Shown: piece by piece, positions 53,401-64,000 of the stretch
Position numbering within the stretch: position 1 is the first letter of the stretch
Layout: each line of letters begins with the position of its first letter
Assembly (NCBI RefSeq): GCF_963921235.1
Contig: NC_086097.1
Location: forward strand, 76,014,001 to 76,078,000
Origin: Mobula hypostoma
Taxonomy: Eukaryota
DNA length: 64,000 bases
Reading direction: 5' to 3'
Notes under the pieces: model-generated
Told to the model about the DNA's origin: nothing
The model's database searches: none
What the model saw: only the letters and a program-made list of their open reading frames with translations
Made by a program: the position numbers and the translations under genes

Positions 53401-54233
53401 GGTATAGACCCTTCTGCTGCCATGATAATTGCTGAAGTCACCTGACTGTTTAATTCATCTACATTTCCAGAAATATCAATCTTTGTCAACCCTTCTTCAC
53501 TCAACTTCTGGAACTTACCCCAGTCAGCTTTTTCAAACACCCACTTTGGGGTTCCGCCACCTGGTCTTACTTCAACTCTTTCACCCACTGAACACAAAAC
53601 TGGGTAGTGATCACTGCCTACTGTTGAAGCAGTCCAAACTCCCCAGTTACTAATGCCAGCCAAGGTATTAGACACTAACGTAATATCTAACACTGACTCA
53701 GTTCCTGTTGTTATATCTATCCTTGTGCCGCTACCATCATTCATACACACCAAATCCCTTTCTTCCATCAAATCTTCAATTACCTTTCCATTTGGATCTG
53801 TAATCTGATCCCCCCATATTGTGCTATGAGCATTGAAATCTGCACACCACATTACTTTATGTCTGTTTTGTCCTTGTATCTTTAATAGGCTGTCCAAATC
53901 CAACCTTTTACATGGATTGTAGTAGTTAATTATAACCACTCCCTCCCCTCTCTCCCACACTTCCACCACTATGTATTCCTGATCATCTCCTTTCTCCAGT
54001 ACCCTATATGGTATACCTTGCTTGATTAACATAGCACAACCCCCTCCTCCCCCTAGATTTCTATCTTTCCTTATCATTGTATACCCATATACCACAAAGT
54101 CTAAAGTTGGTTTCAACCAAGTTTCCTGAATACACACTACATCCGGTTTTACAACCATTTCTTTAATAAAGTGCTTGAATTCCTGGCTATTGGCCAGTAA
54201 GCTCCTTGCATTCCATTGTAAAAGAATCACCAT
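50491..54233 (-). pseudogene. I/Nimb LINE ORF2: AP endonuclease, reverse transcriptase, RNase H, C-terminal CCHC; about three frameshifts
   Basis: MVILLQWNARSL, IQETWL, ADFNAH, GSDHYP; YRPIALTS, QSGFR, FFDIEKAYD, PQGSVISP, LFADD; IYTDG..EMLAV..CSDS..WVPAHVGVKGNERVDELAK; CEEC..EHVVLSC. Confidence 0.92.
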
Positions 54234-54242
54234 AATTAGTAT

Positions 54243-55087
54243 TGTTACGTACCCCGTAACTGGGTTGCCAAACCAGCAGAAATGGATCACTCAGTTGGAG
54301 TCTGGAGTACTAGAACTAAGAAAGTTTTATTAAAGAAACAAGCAACACAGTAATCGAAAGGATAATAAATGCAACAGTTCAGTGATGATAAACACACATG
54401 TGCACAGAATTAAGATAACAGCATCAATCAAGCTCTATCGTTGTCTAGGGGTAAATGACCAAATTTCAAAATGACTCAAAGTTCAGTTCGCAGTAATCGT
54501 TTCCATGGCGATGGACAACGTGGGGGAAGAGAGACAGAGAGAACAGGAACAACTCATCATTCAGCACGGCTTCACTCACAGATCAGCGGGGTTGCTCACA
54601 AACAGCATTTGGGCGGGTCCTTGGTGATGTCACCTGAGGTCACCGACTGTGACCCCTCCTCCAGATGCGGTCGATCCTCTGCAGTGAACCCGGCACCCAG
54701 GCAAGGGCGGACACACACCGGGTTCCCGCTGATCGTACCTTTCCACCCTTGTCGTTGTCTGGTACTTCTCACCCACTCGTGAGAAGCGCACCGCTTCCAG
54801 GGTCTCGTTACCTCGGGTGGCGTGTGTGTCTGTCTTAGCGAACCTGTCCCTTTTTATCCCCCTGCTGGGGTATCGCCTGTCCATCACTTCAAACAGTTCA
54901 GGGTTCAAAGGGGGGAGCCGCTCCAGACAGCTCTCCCTCCCACATCCCTTCATTACACATCTCCAGACGCTGCTCCATTGTTCCTTATCTCTCCTTCCCC
55001 TGAGGGCAGGTGGCAGACCAACTGCTGATGCCACTGATGCTAGCCCAGGCCAGCAAACATCTTAATTTTATGTGTATTCTCGTAACA
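54243..55087 (-). mobile_element. Solo LTR (845 bp) inserted between ORF1 and ORF2 of the I/Nimb LINE
   Basis: Inverted termini TGTTACG...CGTAACA. 4-bp TSD GTAT at 54239-54242 and 55088-55091. Minus-strand TATA-like GATAAAAAG (~54850) upstream of AATAAA (~54326). Confidence 0.9.
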
Positions 55088-55090
55088 GTA

Positions 55091-56321
55091 TTAACCAACA
55101 AATGACACTTCCTGGCTTGACTGATTACTGAGGTTCTCCCTCACTTCCTCCCATGTCAGTCCTACTAACCCTAAATGGTTTACTGCTGCTTTTACCACCA
55201 GCTGAATTTTGTCACTTTTTGACTTTACCTCAGCAGTACTATTAATCACTCCTGCAATGAATGTTACTAGAGCCTTTTTGTCTACATAAATCCTGTCATT
55301 TGTTCTTTGTTGCATCTCTCATATCCCTATTGCTCCCTGTTCATTAGGAGCATTATTCTGTTCTCTTGACATTCTTACAGCTTCTGCATAAGTGATCTTT
55401 CTTTTCACTCTTATTTCTTGAATTTTAGTCTCCCGTCTCACAACCTCACACCCACTATATGCAACATTATGAGCTCCTCCACAATTGCAGCATTTTGGTT
55501 GAACTCCTGTTCCGCACTTTCCATATTCATGATCACCCCCACATCTAGCACATCTCCTCTGCCTTTTACAGTTTTTAGCCACGTGTCCAAACCTTTGACA
55601 ATTATAGCACCTCAATGGCTTTGGCACATACACCCTTACTGGGTAACTCATGAAACCCAGGAACACCTTCCTTGGCACTCTTTCTTCTTCAAATTCAATC
55701 AATACTGATTCACTTTCCTTTTTCACTCCCTCCTTTGTTGTTTTCAGTCTTTGAACATTCATTACTTTCCCTCCTTTGATATTCCTCTTGATCTCCTCCA
55801 TATTTATACTCATTGGTATCCCCGTGATCACTCCTTTACAACCACTGTTTTGTGCTCCCACCCTCCCAGTGTATTCCACCTTGCATTTTCCTATCTCTTT
55901 TAGCTTGAGTGCTTTCTCAAGTTGTTCCTCATTCGCACATCTTACCACTAAGTTGCCATCATTAAGGACTTTTGCAAATACTATTTCCCCTCTTATTTGT
56001 CAGAGTTGTTGTGAGCACAAATGGGTTAATTTTCTTCATATGTCCCTGAGCCTTCTCATTAAACCTAATTATGACAACACCTCCTCTCTGAGCTTGTTCA
56101 TCTTCCTCACTTTCAGAGCTTTCTCCACTATCATTTCTTATTCTTTTATTCCCTTTGTCTTGGTTTTTATTCATCCGACCCCTCACTACCTCCTCATTCC
56201 CTTTATTTCTCCCTTCACAATAATCCACCTCTCCCCAGCTGCCGACCTCTGGTCCCAAGTCTCTATCCCTCTCCTTCTCCACTTTCTTTCCCTCAACCCC
56301 GCCTCTTATCTTGTCCGCCAT
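55091..56321 (-). pseudogene. I/Nimb LINE ORF1, gag-like with three zinc knuckles; one frameshift and one stop
   Basis: KGVITGIP; YVPKPLRCYNCQRFGHVAKNC, CARCGGDHEYGKC, CCNCGGAHNVAYSGC; ITYAEAV. Confidence 0.9.
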
Positions 56322-56839
56322 TACCGGACCCACACGACCCCCTCCCAGCAATTTCCGTTCCTTCCCCACTCTCTTTCCCTCAACAGGTTTCAAAACACAC
56401 TCACGCATCAAGCAAAACACAGCCAGCTTCCAGCAGCAGCCCACACTCCAACCTGCCCTCTCAGGTAGCTCTCTTCATCAACAGAGGCAAGTGAAAATAG
56501 GGCACATGACTTTCTCGACAATTCCAGTTTCATGGAGCACCGCCTGTCCCAATTAAAGCCGGGACGCGGGGTACTAGTTTTGCCACTGTAGAAATGGTCG
56601 AGAAGTATGTTTTCCTTAAACCCAAAGAACGAGTTAATGAGGAAAGGGAACAGTTAACTCATTTTAAATATTGTGATCTAATTCTGATAAATAACCCTGC
56701 GAATGTTGTAAAGAGGATCAAAGGTTTGTGGCTGTGTTTTATTGCCTCATTTGGAACTTGGGCACGACTTTCCTCTATGTTTAATACACTCGTACCTCTG
56801 AGTTTGGAATGCCCGCCTTTTAAAAACAAGAACAGGATT

Positions 56840-57030
56840 CCCCCGCTTCGAGCCTCATAGCCAGACACTCCGCGGCCGTTGAAGAGTTGATAACTGCGCA
56901 AGCGCACTACGCCTCAGGCAGCATCGCAGACACCCGAACGTGGGAAGACCCCACATTTGAAATAGCTTGAACCAATAAGAGGCGTATTTGGAGAGCGCTA
57001 CCGTTCGAGTGAAGATCGCGCAAGAGGCAA
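56840..57030 (+). promoter_or_regulatory. CpG-rich promoter of ARHGAP11A (NRF1-like, CHR and CCAAT motifs), possibly bidirectional
   Basis: TGCGCAAGCGCA at 56895-56906, TTTGAA at 56956-56961, CCAAT at 56972-56976. CpG density is visibly higher than in the surrounding unique DNA. About 600 bp upstream of the ATG. Confidence 0.65.
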
Positions 57031-57194
57031 ACGGGTGGGGGAGGGGAAGAGAGGAGGAGAGTATTGTGGACGGTGTTGGTGGGGCGAAGAGCGGCGGGGG
57101 AAGAAGAGGAGGGTATCGAGGGGTGGGGGAAGAACAGGGAGGGGTAGTGGGAGACAGCGAATGCGTCCGGAGCCGGGGGGGGGGTGAGAAACAG

Positions 57195-57582
57195 ACGGTG
57201 GGTGAAGGGACAGCGGGAGACGGAAAGCGGTGGGTAAAGGGGCAACGGGAGAGAGGGTGGGAGACGGAGAGCGGTGGGTGAAGGGGCAGAGGGAGAGAGG
57301 TGGGTGAAGGGGCAACGGGAGACGGAGAGCGGTGGGTAAAGGGGCAACGGGAGAGCGGTGGGTGAAGGGACAGCGGGAGACGGAAAGCGGTGGGTAAAGG
57401 GGCAACGGGAGAGAGGGTGGGAGACGGAGAGCGGTGGGTGAAGGGGCAGAGGGAGAGAGGTGGGTGAAGGGGCAACGGGAGACGGAGAGCGGTGGGTAAA
57501 GGGGCAACGGGAGAGCGGTGGGTGAAGGGGCAACGGGAGAGAGGGTGGGAGACGGAGAGCGGTGGGTGAAGGGGCAGCGGGT
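57195..57582 (+). repeat. G-rich minisatellite (variant units of about 23-43 bp, 160-bp higher-order period)
   Basis: Repeats of GAGAGCGGTGGGT(G/A)AAGGGGCAACGG. The block starting GGTGAAGGGACAGCGGGAGACGGAAAGCGG recurs at 57201 and 57361. Confidence 0.95.
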
Positions 57583-57608
57583 GCCCTGAAGACAGGAGTA
57601 GAGCCAGA

Positions 57609-57722
57609 ATGAAGGCTGAAAGAAACATGGTGAGGCTCGCCGTGGTGCAGCACCTCCGAGACTACGGGATAAAAGTGAAACACTGGAACAGGATCAACTC
57701 TAACAGTCGGCCACAAGGCCGG
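57609..57722 (+). CDS. ARHGAP11A: Rho GTPase-activating protein 11A, first coding exon (gene continues beyond the window)
   Basis: ATG at 57609 reads MKAERNMVRLAVVQHLRDYGIKVKHWNRINSNSRPQGR, followed by the phase-0 donor GTAAGA. It matches the ARHGAP11A N-terminal motif VRLA..QHLR..YGIKVK as I recall it. Exon 2 was not found in the window. Confidence 0.85.
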
Positions 57723-58027
57723 GTAAGAGATGCCCAAAACATTACAGTTATATAGTATCATGCTATTTCCATTACGAAAGGTGTGGGTGGGGGAGGTATA
57801 TGTTGACGTTAGATTTGTGGGAATATAATGATTATAGTTTACAGAGGTGGGTATTAAATGCACAAAATTGTATTGGGATTCAAAACGAGTTATTTTAAGC
57901 GTTCATTTAAGGGATAGGATCGTTCAGCACTGCTGCATTTATTTATTAGGGCATATCCATACAAGCGTATATTTGGGGGGGGGGGAATCTGTGCATCGGT
58001 GGCAAGACCCTTTAAAAGATGGTCTTG

Positions 58028-58320
58028 CAGCGGTACAGTAGTGTAGCAGTTAGTGCTGCTCCTAAACATTTCCGGCCTCTGCGTTCAATACTGACTTTAA
58101 ATATGCGCTTGACTTTTCCTTGATGCCCTGGTTTCTTCCTACATCCCAACTTGTGCTGGTAGTTAAAATGATTGTCTGTATAAGAATTGTGTCGAGGATG
58201 TTAAGAGAATCAGGGTGGAGATCGTGTCTATGCGGGAGAGAATCAGTTACAAGTTGAAAATGGAAATGCTCTGAGAACCAGGATAGATTTAATGGAATAA
58301 ATGACCTCTCTCTTCTTGTC
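58028..58320 (+). mobile_element. Degenerate tRNA-derived V-SINE in ARHGAP11A intron 1
   Basis: A-box-like GTAGTGTAGCAGTTAG, B-box-like GTTCAATAC, V-domain remnant CTGGTTTCTTCCTACATCCCAA. Confidence 0.5.
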
Positions 58321-58840
58321 AGGAAGTATAAGTACTTTTTGAAGTGAAGTAATGGAAGAATGTCATTATCCAGGTTCTCATTGAAATGCTCAAATTTACT
58401 ACTTATAACCATGCAATATAATACAACGAGGAATTAAAGGCTGTGTGACTATCTGCAATTTTAATTTTATAGTTCTTTTATGTAACTTGGGTATGACCTT
58501 CATAAATTTTCAACGTATTTGTATCTTCCTGAGTTTGGATTGCCTGCTTTTTTGAAACGTGAACAGACCTCATCCTGTTTCAAGGGCTTCCTGTTCAGCC
58601 TCATATTCTGCAGAATGCATCCTCTGCATTCTGTATTCCTCTACATCTGCTGCCTTTGTCCTTTCTGATGGTACAGACACTTGTATGTTTAGAAGGCAGT
58701 TACAATGTGTGCAAGTGCAGTCTTCTAAACTTAAGACTGGATTCTTCAATTTCAGTTAACTTAATTTCTGTCCATCAGTTGTCAATCTGTGATATTGGCT
58801 TGGTTTGTTTGTTTCTCTTTCCTCTGGCAGCAGAGGACAT

Positions 58841-61800
58841 CAAGTCAAGTCACTTTTTATTGTCATTTCGACCATAACTGCTGGTATAGTACACAGTAAA
58901 AACAAGACAACGTTTTTGAGGACCATGGTGCTACATGAAACAATACAAAAACTATACTGATCTACGTAAAACAACACAAAAACTACACTAGACTACAGAC
59001 CTACCCAGGACTGCATAAGTGCACAAGACAGTGCAGGTATTACAATAAATAATAAACAAGACAATAGGCACAGTAGAGGGCAGTAGGTTGGTGTCAGTCC
59101 AAGGAGAAGAGTTTGTATGAGGGATGCATGGGGTCCTTCATAATGCTATTTGCTTTACGGATGCAGCCTGTGGTGTAAATGTCTGTAATGGTGGGAGGAG
59201 AGACCCTGATGATCTTCTCAGCTGATCTCACTATCTGCTGCAGGGTCTTGTGATCCGAGATGGTGCAATTTCTGAACCAGGCAGTGATGCAGCTGCTGAG
59301 GATGCTCTCAATACAACCTCTGTAGAATGTGGTGAGGATGGGGGGGTGGGAGATGGACTTTTCTCAGCCTTTGCAGAAAGTAGAGACTCTGCTGGGCTTT
59401 CTTTCTTATGGAGCTCGTGTTGAGGGACCAGGTGAGATTCTCTGCCAGGTGAACACCGAGAAATTTGGTGCTCTTAACGATCTCTACGGAGGAGTCATCG
59501 ATGTTCAGCAGAGAGTGGTCGCTCCATGTCCTCCTGAAGTCAACAACCATCTCTTTTGTTTTGTTCACATTCAAAGACAGGTTGTTGGCTCTGCACCAGT
59601 CCGTTAGCTGCTGCACCTCCTCTCTGTACGCTGACTCAGCGTTCTTGCTGATAAGACCTACTACGGTCATGTCATGGGTGAACATGATGTGGTTCGAGCT
59701 ATGTGTTGCAGCACAGTCGTGGGTCATCAGAGTGAACAGCAATGGACTGAGCACACAGCCCTGGGGGGGGCCCTGTTCTCAGTGTGATGGTGTTGGAGAT
59801 GCTGCTTCTAATCCGGACTGACTAGTCAGGAAGTCTAGGATCCAGTTGCAGAGGGAGGTGTTCTGGCCCAGTAGACTCAGCTTTCCAATCAGTCTCTGAG
59901 TAATGATTGTGTTGAGTGCTGAACTGAAGTCTATGAACAGCATTCGAACGTATGTGTCTTTTTTTGTCCAGGTGGGTTAGGGCCAGGTGGAGGGTAATGG
60001 CAATGGCGTCGTCTGTTGAACGGTTGGGACGGTACGCAAACTGCAGGGGGTCCAGTGAGGGGGGCAGCAGGGTCTTGATGTGCCTCATGATGAGCCTCTC
60101 CAAACACTTCATGATGGATGTGAGTGCAACGGGACGGTGGTTGTTGAGGCAGAACACTGAAGACTTCCTCGGCATGGGGATGATGGTGGCCGCCTTGAAG
60201 CACGTAGGAATGATGGCGCTGCACAGGGAGATGTTGAGGATGTCAGTGAGAATCTCTGCTAGCTGGTCTGCGCATCCTCTAAGCACTCTGCAAGGAATAC
60301 TGTCTGGTCCAGCAGCCTTCAGTGGGTTGACCGTGCACAGGGTTCTCCTCACATCGACCACAGTAAGACACAGCACCTGGTCATTCGGAGAAGGGGTGGT
60401 CTTCCTCACCGCCACGTCATTTTCCACCTCAAAGTCAGCGTAGAAGTTGTTCGACACATCTGGAAAGGAGGCATCACCAGCACAGGCAGGTGGTGTTGTC
60501 TTGTAGTTGGTGATGTCCTGAATGCCCTTCCACATGCGCCGCGTGTCACCACTGCCCTGGAATTGGCTGTGGGTTTGCTGGGCGTGTACACGCTTTGCCT
60601 CTCTGATGGCCGGGGACAGATTGGCCCTTGCTGTTGTTAGGGCTGCCTTGTCGCCTGCTCTGAAGGCGGAGTCACGGGTCCTCAGCGGAGCACGCACCTC
60701 CGTGGTCTTCCATGGCTTCTGGTTAGTTCATGTAGTGATGGTCTTGGCCACAGTGACGTCATTGATGCACTTGCTGATGTAACTAGTCACTGATGCCATG
60801 TACTCCTCTGAGTTGGTAAAGTCGCCATCGTTGCAGCCTCCCTGAACATGTGCCAGTCAGTGTGCTCAAAGCAGTCTTGAAGAGCAGAGAAGGGTCCTGC
60901 TGGCCAGGTTTTCACCTGCTTCTGAACTGGTCTGGAGCGCCTGATGAGCGGTCTCTCTGTATGCTGGTATTAGCATAACAGATGTGGTCTGAGTAACTGA
61001 GGTGGGGGTGGGGCTCCGCCTGGTACACATCAGGAATATTTGTGTAAACAAGGTCCAACGCATTCTCCCCTCTTGTTGCAAAGTCCACGTTCTGATGGAA
61101 TCTGGGGAGCACTGACTTAAGGTTCGCATGGTTAAAATCTCCGGCGACAATAAACAGTCCATCAGGGTGTGCGTTCTGCAGTTCGCTAATAGCCCCACAC
61201 AGATCACACAGCGCCTCCTTAGCATTAGCGCTAGAGGGAATGTAGACACTGACTATAAGGACAGTGATGAATTCCCATGGTAAATAAAATGGTCTGCATT
61301 TAACAGTCACAAACTCCACTAGCGATGAGCAGTATCTGGAAACCAGCACAGAGTTCCTGCACCATTCTGTATTGATGTAAGCACACAAGCCACCACCGCG
61401 AGTCTTACCGGAAAGAGCTGCATCTCTGTCTGCTCAAAACTTGTCGAGCCCATCCAGCAGAATGGTGGCGTCCGGGATTCTGTCGGTGAGCCACGTTTCC
61501 GTGAAAACATACGCACAGCAGAACCTGTACTCCCGCTGAGTATTTCGTTGGAGTCGGATGTAGTCCAATTTATTGTCCAAAGAACAGACACTGGAGAGCA
61601 GAATGGACGGCAGAGCCCGCCGGCTAGGGTTTGCATTTTGCCTGGCACGGACTCCTGCCCGCTTGCCTCACTTCCGCTTCCTCGCACACCGCTTACGACG
61701 TCCCTACCTCTGGCCACCGGCATCAGGTGACTCCAAGGACTATAGGCCACAAACTTACCTGTTTGATGCATTTTTTACTCTGCATTTCACAACTCGTAGT
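58841..61800 (-). mobile_element. Rex1/Babar-type LINE, near-complete degenerate APE-RT ORF, antisense in ARHGAP11A intron 1
   Basis: [89 protein letters not shown]; (GACTT)n tail. Confidence 0.9.
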
Positions 61801-62163
61801 GTCTTTTGTCTATATTCTCACTGTCTATCTACCACTAATTGACCATGGTCATCCTGGTTTTATCCAGTCTGCAATATCACCTCCCCCACACCACTCCTTG
61901 CAGTTTAATAAGTTTATTTAGCCCCATTCCCCGTTCCATTAAAAAGGCTCTTTGACCTGACACAAGCTCTATTTCTCTTCCCATAGATGTAGGCTCAACT
62001 GTTTGGTATTTCTAGCATTTTGTTTTATTTCAGATTTACAGCTTCTACAGCTTTTTTCTTTAATTTTGATTTTGTGATTTGTTTAGGAATAGGCTTCAAA
62101 TTCATTTTAATTTCAAATTGGAACTGTCAATGGCCCACACTTAGTCACAGGCTGAATGTGTAC

Positions 62164-62967
62164 GTGTAAGCGGAACAAGTGCTACACATGCCCTTACACT
62201 TCCTCCCTTACCACCATTCAGGGCCCCAAACAGTCCTTCCAGGTGAGGCATCACTTCACCTGTGAGTCGACTGGGGTGATATACTGCGTCCGGTGCTCCC
62301 GATGTGGCCTTTTATATATTGGTGAGACCCGACGCAGACTGGGAGACCGCTTTGCTGAACATCTACGCTCTGTCCGCCAGAGAAAGCAGGATCTCCCAGT
62401 GGCCACACATTTTAATTCCACATCCCATTCCCATTCTGACATGTCTATCCACGGCCTCCTCTACTGTAAAGATGAAGCCACACTCAGGTTGGAGGAACAA
62501 CACCTTATATTCCGTCTGGGTAGCCTCCAACCTGATGGCATGAACATTGACTTCTCTAACTTCCGCTAGGCCCCACCTCCCCCTCGTACCCCAGCTGTCA
62601 CTCATTTTTATGCACACATTCTTTCTCTCACTCTCCTCCTTTTTCTCCCTCTGTCCCTCTGAATATTCCTCTTGCCCATCCTCTGGGTCACCCCCCCCCC
62701 CCGTCTTTCTCCCTAGGCCTCCTGTCCCATGATCCTCTCGTATCCCCTTTTGCCTATCACCTGTCCAGCTCTCGGCTCTATCCCTCCCCCTCCTGTCTTC
62801 TCCTATCATTTTGCATCTCCCCCTCCCCCTCCAGCTTTCAAATCCCTTACTCACTCTTCCTTCAGTTAGTCCTGACGAAGGGTCTCGGCCTGAAACGTCG
62901 ACTGCGCCTCTTCCTATAGATGCTGCTTGGCCTGCTGCGTTCACCAGCAACTTTGATGTGTGTTGCT
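62164..62967 (+). mobile_element. Penelope-like element, 5'-truncated (intact GIY-YIG C-terminus + terminal repeat)
   Basis: CKRNKCYTC...VIYCVRCSRCGLLYIGETRRRLGDRFAEHLRSV...LRLEEQHLIFRLGSLQPDGMN. 11-bp TSD TGAATGTGTAC at 62153-62163 and 62968-62978. Confidence 0.93.
62868..62903 (+). ncRNA. Minimal type I hammerhead ribozyme motif in Penelope terminus
   Basis: AGTC CTGACGA A GGGTCTCGGCCT GAAAC GTC GACT, identical to 30372-30407. Confidence 0.85.
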
Positions 62968-63019
62968 TGAATGTGTACATAATTTCTTTTAAAAAAATTT
63001 AATTGAAGAGGTATATTGA

Positions 63020-63500
63020 AGAGGTACGGAGGCCCAGGTTTTGAAGCTTATTGATGGGTATTGAAGGCCTCTTCTGCATCCTCTCCAACCAAAGATCCCA
63101 GCATTGACCCTTGCAGAAAACCACTAGTCATAGACCTCCAGTCAACAGCCCTTACTGCTCCCATTTGACCAAAACCGTTCCAAGTTTGATCTACCAAACC
63201 TCTATGGGTCTTGTGCTTTAATTTTCTGGATCGGCACACCATGAGGGTCCCTTGTGTAATGCTTCACTAAATTCCATGCTGATATCATCCACTGTACTAC
63301 CCAGAATGCCACTTCTTCAAAAAACACTCATTCAAATTTGTAAGATGTGATTTTCACCACATGCTGACTATCCCTAATAAATTTCTGCTTTTCTCAGACT
63401 CAAATAAATCCTATTTTAAGAACCTTAATAATTTCCTTACGACTGATGTAAGGGTCACCAGCTTATAACTTGGTTTGTTTCTATTGCCCTTCTTGAAATG
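63020..63500 (-). mobile_element. CR1 LINE RT fragment, old
   Basis: WRSMTSGFLQGSMLGSL..EDAEEA; QHV and NYKLVTLTS remnants. Confidence 0.7.
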
Positions 63501-64000
63501 TCGTACTGGCATTTACTAAATTATTACTAATGATATATTAGAGTCCACCATCCTCTAAGGCAGGAATTTTCAACCTTTTTTATGCCATGGACCCTTACCA
63601 TCAACTGACAGACACATCTCCAAGGGAGTCACCAAAGAAGCCAATACAATGAGCAGGATTTCTTAGCAGTGTACAGAATATAAAAATCCAGATACATGTA
63701 TGCAGGTTGAAAGTAAAACTTGGCTACTTGTGGTATAAATATGAAAGTATTTTAGGCAGGGCACAATCGCATTTTTTTTTACCCCTCTCTCGTCCATTTC
63801 TGAAACAGGGCCTTCAATTTAAAACCTGAAAGACAAGTAACAACAGATACTGAATCTAAAACAATAATGGTCATAAAAGAACCAAACTGCTGGAGTAACT
63901 CAGCATTTATAGAGGCATAGGGATAATTGACTGTTTCTTTGTCTCCACAATAGATACCTGACCTACTGAGTTCTTCCAGTAGTCTGCTTCCCCATTCTAC

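Larger units (their letters stand above)
50310..56463 (-). mobile_element. Full-length I-group (Nimb-like) LINE with ORF1 and APE-RT-RNase H ORF2
   Basis: Exact 13-bp TSD GGTAGCTCTCTTC at 50297-50309 and 56464-56476. 3' end GGTGGCGGTAATGCACC...AAACAAGATACAGACAGACA. Both ORFs present with few lesions. Confidence 0.93.

Noticed and set aside
53157..54290. Apparent N-terminal extension of the endonuclease ORF (MIHFCWFGNPVTGYVTILI)
   Set aside because: It is read from the solo LTR end; the native ORF2 start is the ATG at 54233.
56855..57863. Long proline-rich ORFs on the minus strand (257, 318 and 169 aa)
   Set aside because: They are translations of the stop-free C-rich strand of the minisatellite, antisense to ARHGAP11A exon 1.
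63560..63610. hAT-like terminal sequence (CAGGAATTTTCAACCTTTTTTATGCCATGGACC)
   Set aside because: No matching second terminus or 8-bp TSD could be identified.
57723..64000. Search for ARHGAP11A exon 2 (expected to start with a K/V-I/V-FG motif)
   Set aside because: No AG-bounded segment with that motif was found; it probably lies beyond the window.

Overview
Vertebrate nuclear DNA dominated by transposable elements. The repeat complement (abundant CR1 LINEs, Penelope-like elements, Rex1/Babar LINEs, HE1-like V-SINEs) suggests a cartilaginous fish, probably a ray; this is inference. One host coding exon is recognisable: exon 1 of ARHGAP11A (+, 57609-57722). It is preceded by a CpG-rich promoter with NRF1-like, CHR and CCAAT motifs and by a G-rich minisatellite. 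Most of the rest is nested TEs: a Gypsy LTR fragment, two solo LTRs, many CR1 copies (two young and near-identical), Rex1 LINEs, a Tc1 carrying an ORF1-only L1, a Tigger-like element, RTE-derived short elements, a full-length RNase H-bearing I/Nimb-clade LINE, and many Penelope-like insertions. The Penelope termini carry minimal hammerhead ribozyme cores and often form fold-back mini-elements with 11-14 bp target-site duplications (TSDs). Unique stretches on the minus strand hold splice-bounded, stop-interrupted exon-like segments that may be a decayed gene divergent from ARHGAP11A (low confidence). No prokaryotic genes, CRISPR arrays, rRNA or tRNA genes were seen. All family assignments come from motif recognition, not database searches.
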